DNA from: an uncultured delta proteobacterium
Lineage (GTDB): Bacteria; Desulfobacterota; WTBG01; CAIYCZ01
Direction of reading: 5' to 3'
Length of the DNA: 21,114 nt
Assembly: GCA_963803975.1 (NCBI GenBank)
Contig: CAWDOY010000010.1
Location: forward strand, 1 to 21,114
Below the pieces are notes generated by a model. It ran no database searches. It saw nothing but the letters and a program-made list of their open reading frames with translations, and was not told the origin of the DNA. A program made the translations under genes and the position numbers. Position 1 is the first letter of the stretch. Each line of letters opens with the position of its first letter. Below, piece after piece: positions 1 to 8,327 of the stretch.

Positions 1-203
1 ACTAAATATATATGGCGCTGCCCCCCCGTTTCTACAAGACCCATGAATCCGGCAAGCTCTCGCAGGTTAAACTCAAAGGATTTTATTTTCACCGACTGCT
101 TTGATGCAGGAGGAGTTTAAGAAACTTCTATATTGTTCCGGTAGTGAACGTGATAACGCGGGCACTTTCGCGGTAGCTGCACTGACTATCAGTAGTTTCT
201 TTT

Positions 204-609
204 AGCGCACAGGTGCAGCGCAAGGGCTGTAAGAACCGAAAACTGACCGCGCGGGAGCAGCAGGGAAACAGGAGTCGGGCAAAGATACGGTCGCGCATTG
301 AGCATGTGTTTGGCGTGCAGGCCATGGTGGCAGGTTCTCTTATCATGCGCTGCATTGGCATTATACGAGCCAGGATAAAAATAGGGCTTTGCAATCTTGC
401 CTATAATATCAACCGTTACGGGATGCTGGCAACAACAGGATAAGTGTGCCGGCACGGGCATAAAAGCCGCCTTGAAGGCATTATGCACGGCGGTACAAGA
501 TGCTATGAGACTGGTATTTTTAAAAATATTCACCAGACATTAAAAAATAGTGCTTTAAAATTTAACAAACTGAATTTGATCTTCAAAAAATGAATTTTTA
601 GAGGTGCCC
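204..609 (+). mobile_element. IS5-family insertion sequence remnant (3' end of transposase plus right end)
   Basis: ORF 213-443 reads RKGCKNRKLTAREQQGNRSRAKIRSRIEHVFG...NLAYNI, typical of the IS5 DDE transposase C-terminus (R-x-x-I/V-E-H-V-F-G). ATTTTTAGAGGTGCCC at 594-609 resembles an IS5-type terminal inverted repeat. No matching left end is visible. Confidence 0.8.
213..443 (+). pseudogene. IS5-family transposase, C-terminal fragment
   Basis: Only ~76 aa. In-frame TGA at 183-185 upstream, so the N-terminal catalytic Asp region is missing. Confidence 0.8.
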
Positions 610-790
610 ATAAGGCTAAAGTGCACCACTTAATTATTTAATCTGTATATTTCTGGCTGAATAGCACCAAAAATGTTTGACGTTCAATTCTCAAAACGCT
701 ATTCCCGCAACACCCCCAATTCCTGCTAACCTGTTTATCTTTATTACTATTTTAAATTTCGATTTCTAAATTTTACATTATGCAACCAAT

Positions 791-806
791 TGGCATAGTA
801 GTTGTA
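791..806 (+). promoter_or_regulatory. possible sigma54 (-24/-12) promoter
   Basis: TGGCAT-AGTAG-TTGTA against consensus TGGCAC-N5-TTGCW. Spacing is correct but the -12 dinucleotide is GT, not GC. It lies 80 bp upstream of the small ORF at 886. Confidence 0.35.
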
Positions 807-885
807 AAAAGCTAAGGGTTAGCAGAGTCAAAAATGTTACCCGCCTTAATGGGTAGCTAAACATATTGTAACAACGTAAACAGGG

Positions 886-1065
886 TTGAATATATTAGTG
901 TGTAGTTTTATCGCAGGGCTTTTTATAGGGGCATTTCTTGGAATAATTCTGTTTTCCCTTCTGGTCGCAGGAAAACAGAATGGCATTAGCTATGACATGG
1001 GTCCTGGGAGTAAGGTAAAGCCTCCTTTTGTTGATCAAGCAGAAAAAGATATTAGTAACGGCTGA
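886..1065 (+). CDS. small single-pass membrane protein, DUF3789-like (59 aa, not in ORF track)
   Basis: Manual translation TTG(886)..TGA(1065): MNILVCSFIAGLFIGAFLGIILFSLLVAGKQNGISYDMGPGSKVKPPFVDQAEKDISNG. Hydrophobic helix with GxxxGxxxG followed by AGK. Family name is from recall, not a search. Confidence 0.65.
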   Translation: MNILVCSFIAGLFIGAFLGIILFSLLVAGKQNGISYDMGPGSKVKPPFVDQAEKDISNG

Positions 1066-1298
1066 CTTTTTTATAAAAGCGTACCCCTATAGATAAAAAA
1101 TATTTAGAGAACGGATAAAGAGAGAACATTACAAAGTGTTTTGACCAGTCTAGTATTGGTGAGCGCATATTTTAAGGGGAACAGAGAGACCAGATGGCAG
1201 GATTGTTTAGATACTATAAGTCCACTATTTCGCTTCATATTCCAATGTGATTACCAGCAATATTTGAGAGCTCAATTACATCAGGAAGGAGAAAATCG

Positions 1299-2061
1299 GT
1301 GAATACATTATTTCGTTGTATAGACTGCAATCTTATATATGCGGCAACCCCGTTTGATCAAACACCTGAATACCTCTATTCAGAATTAGAAAATGAGAAC
1401 TGTGTTAAAGAGAAAAACGATTGGGCTAATTTTGAAAACAGACATAAAGGTCACCGAATTAGAGGAACTCATTATTCTTGATCCCGCTTTATACAGTGAA
1501 GGAGCATACTTTGATCCTTGTAGAATTACTTATCTTACCGCTACGAATAGAAAGGAGACGCTGCTAATTAAAAAATGGAGGCAAAAAATTGCTGAGCCGC
1601 TACGGTATGATTTGGTGCAAGGACGGCTTCAAGTGAAAAAATCCTTTGTAATACAGAAAGACGATCTGCTTAAGCAGCTGTTCTATGAAATCAAGGACTC
1701 GTCTTTCACAGAAAAAGCGTACGAATTTATAAGAATATTCCAGGAAGAAATACTATATCTCGATCCTGCACAAGAGCCCAATGAAACCTGTGAAAGTAAT
1801 CATACACAACTATCCTATTACCCGCTTAAAGAGGAACAAATTTCCAGGATTCTCCACAAGTGTAGAGCGATTTTTACGCAAGAAGAATGTGAGAGGATCG
1901 AGCGTTTTATCCGAAGCAATTGTGAAAGTAATGGGGTGATGTCACTCGTGATAAAAAAAACTGCCAGGTTTGTTCGAAAATCACGTTGTTCCAGAGTCGT
2001 GAAGCGGCACAATCATTATATGCATACTCCTGAAATTTCTTACATGCTCAAGTCAAAATGA
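1299..2061 (+). CDS. hypothetical protein with N-terminal CxxC...HxxH, split by a 1-nt frameshift near 1460
   Basis: RBS GGAAGGAG precedes GTG at 1299. The 1299 frame reads to ...RHKGHRI, then the 1393 frame continues EELIILDP... to TGA 2061. Removing one base at ~1459-1461 joins them. Confidence 0.7.
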
Positions 2062-2095
2062 CAAATGAACGGGCTGTTGCCCCAATGCTCATATT

Positions 2096-2129
2096 AAAAA
2101 GCGGAGTCAGCACTGATTCCGCTTTTTTT
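2096..2129 (+). terminator. intrinsic terminator (bidirectional-type)
   Basis: AAAAA-GCGGAGTCAG-CA-CTGATTCCGC-TTTTTTT downstream of the 2061 stop. Confidence 0.85.
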
Positions 2130-2409
2130 GCATTTTGTTGCTGCTTGGAAAGCACTTAATTGCAGGTTTATGATGGAAGCTATTTCATGGAAAAGCGGCC
2201 GTATATCTTCCTGCATCGTTGATACAAATGCTGTTATGGTGCTTGTGATCTGGATGCTGCCCACAGGTCAGTTTATAGTTGGGGTTTGACCCCATTGCCA
2301 CCCTCTAACTTGATAATGAATTAGCAAATTGTTGAGTAGAAAAAAGTAGTTGCACTTGATAGCAGTAGTAGCAATTTTTTGTGAATAACCAGTAACCACA
2401 ATATGTTTT

Positions 2410-2442
2410 AAAAAAGCAGGGCCATTACTGACCCTGCCTTTT
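2410..2442 (-). terminator. intrinsic terminator of the surface-protein gene
   Basis: Minus strand GCAGGGTCA-GTAA-TGGCCCTGC-TTTTTT, about 45 nt after the stop at 2486. Confidence 0.8.
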
Positions 2443-2485
2443 ACTGTATTCTATCTGTACGTAATTAAATTTTTAGAAACAAATG

Positions 2486-4405
2486 TTAGAACCTTGATAC
2501 GATAAACGGAATTGATCCACACTGGCCTTGTCCAAGATTTATATTATAGGTTCCCGGCTTTAAACCCCAAAACAGTATGGTTGCCTCTATAGAATCACCT
2601 GACACAGCACAGGAAATAATATAAGCACCCCTTGGCGCATTCTGAATATTGAGATCAGCACAGGTGATGCCAAGTGATTCCAGATCAACATTCAGAGTTA
2701 AGGTAACCCTTCTGATGCGCGGCAGCAGGCCGAAACCAATCTTTATACCAGAGGGCTGAATGCTCTTAATCTGGCATCCTGTTGAAGCGGTGGTGGTAGT
2801 GGTCAAGTTCGCAGCCGTCGTGGTTGTCGTGTTGGCCGGAACCGTGGTAGTAGTAGCAGGTGTAGTGGTTGTTGATATTATGCTTGTTGTACTTGTAGTA
2901 GTAGGGTTTGTGGTGGTGGTCACTGCCACAGTGGTTGTCGTGCTTCCTGGCACCGTTGTTGTATTAATTGGTACGCTTGTTGATGTGCTTGGCGCTGGCG
3001 TTCTGGTGATAAAATTTAGCGTTAAGGTTGTAAAGGTTGTCTCACCGGTGTTTACACCTTTAGCTTGCAGCTGCATTGGTGTTTGAACATCAGCAGGGTT
3101 GACAAGCATAATCTGGTACGGAATATCGGTTGTAAGTGGCAACGGTGAACCTACATTTGCAGACCCATTCGTCACTGTAAACTCTACTTGAAAAGAACCC
3201 TGCTGGCAGCCCGGATTCAGGTTATTTACTACTGGCGGTATCAGGTTACCCTTTTGGTCACCAAAATTTACTTGGACAGGCGTATCATCAATACCTGCTA
3301 TTGGGCGGAATTTATTTCCAAGAATTGTACTTTTCAGTAAACGGATATTCAGAGGAAGTTGAGCATACTTAGTTCCTGCAGTCATCTTGACCATCGCCTT
3401 GGTGTCATCTTTGGTAATCTTGGTCTTGTCAAAGGTAACTGTCACATCATTTGTATTCACTTCTGCTACTGCCCCGGGGAACGCGGTGGTACCGTTAGCC
3501 CTGAATACCGCTACCTTCGCACCTGAATCCCTTAAGTCCTTTCCACTTGTCTGGTTATTAAAGTTATAGGAATTACCAAATGCATCCATTACATCAAACT
3601 GGCAGATATTTACTTGGTCGTGGTTTGGTGCCGAGTCAATCAGGACACGGGCTTCACTAATGCCGACGGTCACGCTTGAAGGCGGAAAAGCTGTGGCATC
3701 AGCAGGACTGATTATGGCGCCTGCAACAGGGTATGCAAAGACTGTCTGATTTGTCTGACCGGTAAAAATCAGCAGTAAATCCTCGTCATTGGCTGAGGTA
3801 AAGAATATTACATTCTGCTCCGCAGTGAAAATATTAACCTCCTTAGCAGGAATGATAACGGAATCCGCTGGGGTGAACACATTCTGCCGGTTCACTTTAA
3901 CGAGCCCACCGGTTTTCTTGTACGCTTTCATGGTAAATGTCGGCTCATTTATTGTGCCCTGGATAGCGACTATTATGGACCCGTTTGCTGCTTCAACATT
4001 GATGCTTGGAATATCGGTGATGCTCGTTACATATCGAGCCGGGACATTATTAATAATAAAATCAACACCCCTTGCAGCAGTATCAATAGTGCTTCTTTGA
4101 ATCACTGACTGCAGAGTAGTGTTGCCCGAGGAAAGGTAGACATCATTGGTGGTTTCAGGGAAAACAAGTGCAATAAACGATGCGGTATTGGGGGGTATTG
4201 TATATTCGTTTACTACCTCAGGTACTGCCCCGCCAGGTTTCGAATGAACAAACAATTTGAAATCGCCAGCAGTTATGTTGAATGGTGCCGGGTTATTATC
4301 GGCATCGAAACCGACCACTGCAGCAAAGATATTGGGAGCGTTCACCTTAAAGGTACCCGCCTTTGTTGACCAGTTGGTGTACTTATATGCACTCCACGAA
4401 GGGAT
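2486..4405 (-). pseudogene. 5'-truncated large extracellular/surface protein (beta-rich repeats, Thr-rich linker, Cys-containing C-terminal domain)
   Basis: 619-aa ORF rich in T/N/V/G with a poly-Thr linker (~2780-3005). The frame stays open upstream of GTG 4345 (IPSWSAYKYTNWSTKAGTFK) to TAA at 4406-4408, with no RBS or signal peptide. Confidence 0.7.
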
Positions 4406-4951
4406 TTAAGTACCGGGACGATTGGGCATGGTCAGAAACGGCTAACAGAAAGCCTGTTTAAAGGCTACGGGTCAGATAAGTATAAGATATTATTAATGCA
4501 TCATCATCTCTTGCCAATCCCCATTGGAGGGCTTGAGGGGAATATTATAAATGACGTGGGAGATATTATTCGTATGATATCCGATGTATCAATTGATTTA
4601 GTGCTCACAGGACATCAGCATCACCCATGGGCAAGCGTATATTCATCTGGAATCCATAATGATAATCATACAACAATTTTAACGTGTGGTTCTCCGACCA
4701 TGGAATATCCACGCGGTTTCAGGTTTAATAGTTATAATGTAATAGACATTGATGAAAACGAAAAGAAATTAAATAACGCATACGTGAAGGTCGTTACGGG
4801 AACTTGGTCGGAAAAACAAATGATACCAATGAACGAATTTGTAAAGATTCCACAGCAAACAAAAAAAGATTTTATACAATCAGAATATGCGGGCTACTTG
4901 TATAATGATCATTATAGAGGTTCAAAGGAAAGTGGACAGATGCTGGAATAA
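4403..4951 (+). pseudogene. 5'-truncated calcineurin-like metallophosphoesterase
   Basis: From 4403: DLSTGTIGHGQ...KILLMHHHLLPIP...IDLVLTGHQH...SYNVIDI. The C-terminal HHH and GHxH motifs are present. The N-terminal DxH, GD and GNHD motifs are absent, and there is an in-frame TGA at 4367. Confidence 0.8.
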
Positions 4952-5089
4952 AAATAAACATTTTGTGGTGGGCATAAAGGGAAGAACGTTGCAGAGTATG
5001 TATCAGATGTGAGAGTAGTCGTTCAATCTACATTCAGTGCAGACTTGATCTGGAAAGCTCTGAATGCGTCAAGGCGAAATTAAAAATAT

Positions 5090-5118
5090 TTGACATGTTT
5101 TTGATCATATGGTATTAA
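5090..5118 (+). promoter_or_regulatory. sigma70-type promoter upstream of PxxKW gene
   Basis: TTGACA (5090-5095), 17-nt spacer with extended -10 TG (5110-5111), TATTAA (5113-5118). Confidence 0.7.
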
Positions 5119-5129
5119 ATAGTTGATTT

Positions 5130-5198
5130 TAGTGGTTATAAAAACGGATTGTACCACTATGTGCATCGTACAATCCGTTTTTTTATATACAACTACTA
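5130..5198 (+). promoter_or_regulatory. long hairpin with U-tract in the predicted 5' leader (attenuator or sRNA candidate)
   Basis: Perfect 15-bp inverted repeat AAAAACGGATTGTAC (5140-5154) / GTACAATCCGTTTTT (5168-5182), extendable by TAGTGGTT/AACTACTA. Confidence 0.55.
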
Positions 5199-5254
5199 CG
5201 GACCCTGCATCGGGTACGGGTTGTGAAATTTTCATGGCAGAAAGGAGATAGATA

Positions 5255-5542
5255 ATGATTTGCCAGACTTCAAAACAAGGGGTAGAATGCTTTTTTATGG
5301 CCAAGAATGGCTGCAGCTACAATGGCGGTTCCTGCTATACCATAGTTGAGGACTGCACTGGATGCGCTCGCGTTACGGAATATTCTGCGGGGAAATATTG
5401 TTCATCGTATCCACAGCCGGAATTAAAATGGACCAGCGGTAAATGCAACTTTGCCACTCATATAAAAGCTGAAGCTCTCAAGGAAGACAAGAAGGTCAAC
5501 GCGCTGAAAGCATCAAAAAGAAAAGCAGCCGGAAAAATGTAA
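5255..5542 (+). CDS. PxxKW family cysteine-rich protein
   Basis: RBS AAGGAG. Cys pattern C..C..C..C..CxxC..C..YPQPELKW..CNFATH and basic tail NALKASKRKA. Confidence 0.9.
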   Translation: MICQTSKQGVECFFMAKNGCSYNGGSCYTIVEDCTGCARVTEYSAGKYCSSYPQPELKWTSGKCNFATHIKAEALKEDKKVNALKASKRKAAGKM

Positions 5543-5554
5543 TGATGACTCTCT

Positions 5555-5595
5555 ATCGGTTAACCCGCTCTTTTCGCGGGTTAACCGGTTTTTTT
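5555..5595 (+). terminator. intrinsic terminator
   Basis: CGGTTAACCCGC (5557-5568) / GCGGGTTAACCG (5576-5587) followed by T7. Confidence 0.9.
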
Positions 5596-5695
5596 CTGCA
5601 GTTTCAATTCCCTGTAAAGCGCCTTTTGCTCCTCCTCTCCTCACTGAGACTACTAAATTATATCTTGACGTATCCTGCAGATTTAAGGAGTGCGT

Positions 5696-6334
5696 GTGGC
5701 TCGAACTGACGAGTACCGGGAAGCGTTGCGCCTGGCAGAAGAGGCTTTGAATCAAGCCGATCTCTCTGCGCTGGCACAGCGGGCAGGAGCGGAGGTTATG
5801 CGCCATGACGTTAATACGCTGCAGCTACGCCTCTTCTTTTTCAACGATCCGGTCCACCTCCGGCCCGGCAACCCATTTATAATCCGGAATGAAAAACAGG
5901 GAACAGAGGTTTCTTTAGAAGAGAAAATTGTTATCTGCCACTATCTGCTGCAGGCAAAGGGAACTTCTCCCGCCGGCCAGTGGATCACCTTTCGTCAGAT
6001 CCCTGACGGCCAATTTTACGATGCGGCGTTTCAGCAGCGGACCCGCGGCCCGTTTTTGTCCTTCTTTGGTGACAAGCCGGACCTGTTTCGCGCAAGCGCG
6101 GAACAGCTCGCTGGAGTTCCCATTGCCGCAGGGGACGCAGGAATGATATTCCCCGTATTACCGAGGGTTCCGGTCCAGCTGATTCTCTGGCAAGGCGATG
6201 AGGAACTGCCGCCTGAGTCAACGATCCTGTTTGACGCTACCATTTCAGATTACCTTCCTGCTGAAGATATTGCCGTGCTCAGCGGCATGCTGGTTTACCG
6301 GATCATCAGCATGGCAAAAACCCTGCAGGGATAA
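5696..6334 (+). CDS. DUF3786 domain-containing protein
   Basis: ICHYLL...GQWITFRQIPDGQFY..AF...LPRVPVQLILWQGDEELPPESTILFD...LPAEDI is the recalled DUF3786 pattern. AAGGAG at 5685-5690 favours GTG 5696 over 5690. Confidence 0.85.
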   Translation: MARTDEYREALRLAEEALNQADLSALAQRAGAEVMRHDVNTLQLRLFFFNDPVHLRPGNPFIIRNEKQGTEVSLEEKIVICHYLLQAKGTSPAGQWITFRQIPDGQFYDAAFQQRTRGPFLSFFGDKPDLFRASAEQLAGVPIAAGDAGMIFPVLPRVPVQLILWQGDEELPPESTILFDATISDYLPAEDIAVLSGMLVYRIISMAKTLQG

Positions 6335-6372
6335 AACACCTGTTGTGCCGCACGACCTTTTCTTTTTTCTCT

Positions 6373-7194
6373 TCAGAATTTCAACCTCGGGTCAATAGCA
6401 TCACGGATTGCATCGCCCAGAAGATTAAACAGCATCACTGTTACGGCAATTGCCAGGCCCGGGAACAGTACCATCCACGGCGCATAGGGCAGATAGCTGC
6501 GGCTCAGGCTTACCATATTACCCCAGGTAGGCAGCGGCGGCTGCACTCCCAGGCCGAGAAAGCTCAAGGCTGATTCAGATAACATGAACCCGCCGACCTT
6601 AAGGCTCGCGGCAACGACTGCGACCGGGAGGCAGTGCGGAAGAAGGTGGTAAAAAAGTATTCGTGACGCTGAGCAGCCGATAGCGCGGCTCGCATCTACA
6701 AAAACACTTTCCTTAAGGGATAGGACCATGCCTTTAAAGAGCCGTGCAAAAGGCGCCCAGCCCACAAGGCACAGGGCAATGATAGTGGATACCGTCCCCG
6801 GCGGCATGAGCACAGATATGCCGATAGCAAGAAGAAGGCTGGGAAAAGCGAGGAACACATCAATCACCATGGTGCATACGCTCTCAATCTTCCCGCCCGC
6901 ATAACCCGCAACCAGCCCTGCCAGCATTCCCAGTCCCAGTGACACCACCGTAGCTATAATACTTATGCTGAGGGAAAAGCGCGCGCCATAGACGACGCGG
7001 CTCAAAACATCTCTCCCCAATCGATCAGTACCCATCCAGTGGGCAGTACCGGGAGATTCCTTGATATGGGCCAGGTCAATCTGCAATGGATCATAGGGAC
7101 TGATAATGGGGGCAGCGATGGCCGCCAGCAACAGGAGGCCGATACAGCTCCCGGTCAAAAGAATTGTTTTATGCGGTAAAAAACTGCTGCGCAT
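6373..7194 (-). CDS. peptide/nickel ABC transporter permease (DppC/OppC family)
   Basis: HWMGTDRLGRDVLSRVVYGARFSL, EAA-like loop FVDASRAIG, ESALSFLGLG, WG, PW, GDAIRDAIDP. Confidence 0.95.
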   Translation of the reverse strand: MRSSFLPHKTILLTGSCIGLLLLAAIAAPIISPYDPLQIDLAHIKESPGTAHWMGTDRLGRDVLSRVVYGARFSLSISIIATVVSLGLGMLAGLVAGYAGGKIESVCTMVIDVFLAFPSLLLAIGISVLMPPGTVSTIIALCLVGWAPFARLFKGMVLSLKESVFVDASRAIGCSASRILFYHLLPHCLPVAVVAASLKVGGFMLSESALSFLGLGVQPPLPTWGNMVSLSRSYLPYAPWMVLFPGLAIAVTVMLFNLLGDAIRDAIDPRLKF

Positions 7195-7225
7195 TATTAC
7201 TCCGGCATTTCACTGCATGAACAGT

Positions 7226-8158
7226 TTAACGCACCCGGCAGCGAATCCGCGGGTCAAGGAAACCATACAGCAGATCAACGACCAGGTTGATAACGATAAA
7301 AATAATTGCGCCAACTAATACACAGCCCATAATCACCGGATAATCCCGCCTGAAGATGCCTTCCACTGCATAGCGGCCGATGCCGTCCCAGCCGAAAATT
7401 GTTTCAGTGAGCACTGAACCGTTCAGATAACTGCCAAAATCAATTCCTATCAAGGTGATGATGGGAATGAGGCTGTTCTGCAGCGCATGTTTGCCGATAA
7501 TGGCTGTTTTCCTGAGGCCCTTGGCACGCGCGGTCATCATGTACGGTTGGGAGAGTATGTCAAGCAGGCTGGTGCGGGTAATGCGCGCGATATAGGCAGC
7601 TGAATTCAGACCCAGGGTGGCGGCGGGGAGAATAAGAAATATAAATGACCTGCTGCCCATTCCTGTTGCGGGCAGCAGGTGCAGCACAAAGGCAAAGATG
7701 TACATGAGCAGCAGGCCCAGCCAGAAGACGGGAATGGAAATGCCGCCCACCGAGAGCATGAGACCAAGGCGGTCCCACAGGGTTCCGCGCTTAACAGCCA
7801 TAAGTATGCCCAGCAGCAGCCCGCAGGCCGTGGCAAAGACTACTGCAGCACAGGCAAGAAGCAGGGTATTGGGGAGCTTCTGTCTTAAGTCATCAATAAC
7901 TTTTCTGTTGGTATAATAGGAGCGCCCCAGTTCGCCCCTGGCAAGGAGGCGCAGGTACCCCAGGTATTGTAATAGCACCGGCCGGTCCGTGCCTATCTCC
8001 TTTGCGATCGCGGCAAGAACTTCAGGATCAGCCTGCTCCCCTGCCAGCCCCTGCACCGGATCACCCGGCAGTCCCTGCATTAAACAGAAGGTGATGCAGG
8101 TAATGCCCAGCACCGTCGGGATAACCAGTAATAATCTTTTTATGAGATAAACGTTCAT
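7226..8158 (-). CDS. peptide/nickel ABC transporter permease (DppB/OppB family)
   Basis: YLIKRLL..., PGDP, GELGRS, SIPVFWLG, LPAATL, TARAKGL, KHALQNS, ETIFGWDGIG, RDYPVI, DLLYGFLDPRIR. Confidence 0.95.
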   Translation of the reverse strand: MNVYLIKRLLLVIPTVLGITCITFCLMQGLPGDPVQGLAGEQADPEVLAAIAKEIGTDRPVLLQYLGYLRLLARGELGRSYYTNRKVIDDLRQKLPNTLLLACAAVVFATACGLLLGILMAVKRGTLWDRLGLMLSVGGISIPVFWLGLLLMYIFAFVLHLLPATGMGSRSFIFLILPAATLGLNSAAYIARITRTSLLDILSQPYMMTARAKGLRKTAIIGKHALQNSLIPIITLIGIDFGSYLNGSVLTETIFGWDGIGRYAVEGIFRRDYPVIMGCVLVGAIIFIVINLVVDLLYGFLDPRIRCRVR

Positions 8159-8175
8159 TTCCTGTGGTGCCTAAC

Positions 8176-8327
8176 CAGGCTGTTGAAAAACACCCATCTG
8201 CTTCGTTGCGCTCATCCTTCGTCATTGCGACGTACTAAAAAGTACGCCTCATTCCTCTTGATTTCGCGCGCCTTGCATCTGGATGTTTTTGACCAGCCTG
8301 GGAGAAAACTACTTTTTCAACAACCTG
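8176..8327. mobile_element. MITE-like non-autonomous repeat, copy 1
   Basis: Terminal inverted repeats CAGGCTGTTGAAAAA (8176-8190) / TTTTTCAACAACCTG (8313-8327), no transposase, near-identical copy at 12732-12884. Confidence 0.85.

Noticed and set aside
189..533. 114-aa minus-strand ORF (and 128-394)
   Set aside because: Antisense shadow of the IS5 transposase fragment.
1194..1250. 18-codon ORF MAGLFRYYKSTISLHIPM as a leader peptide
   Set aside because: No regulatory codon run or attenuator, and too short to support.
2780..3005. Repetitive GTG/GTT/GTA tract as a CRISPR or tandem array
   Set aside because: Explained by Thr codons; there is no fixed repeat-spacer periodicity.
2760..3086. Val-rich 108-aa ORF that looks like a membrane protein
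   Set aside because: It is the reverse complement of the poly-Thr linker codons.
5080..5304. 74-aa minus ORF over the PxxKW leader
   Set aside because: Overlaps the promoter, hairpin and PxxKW start, with no recognisable motif.
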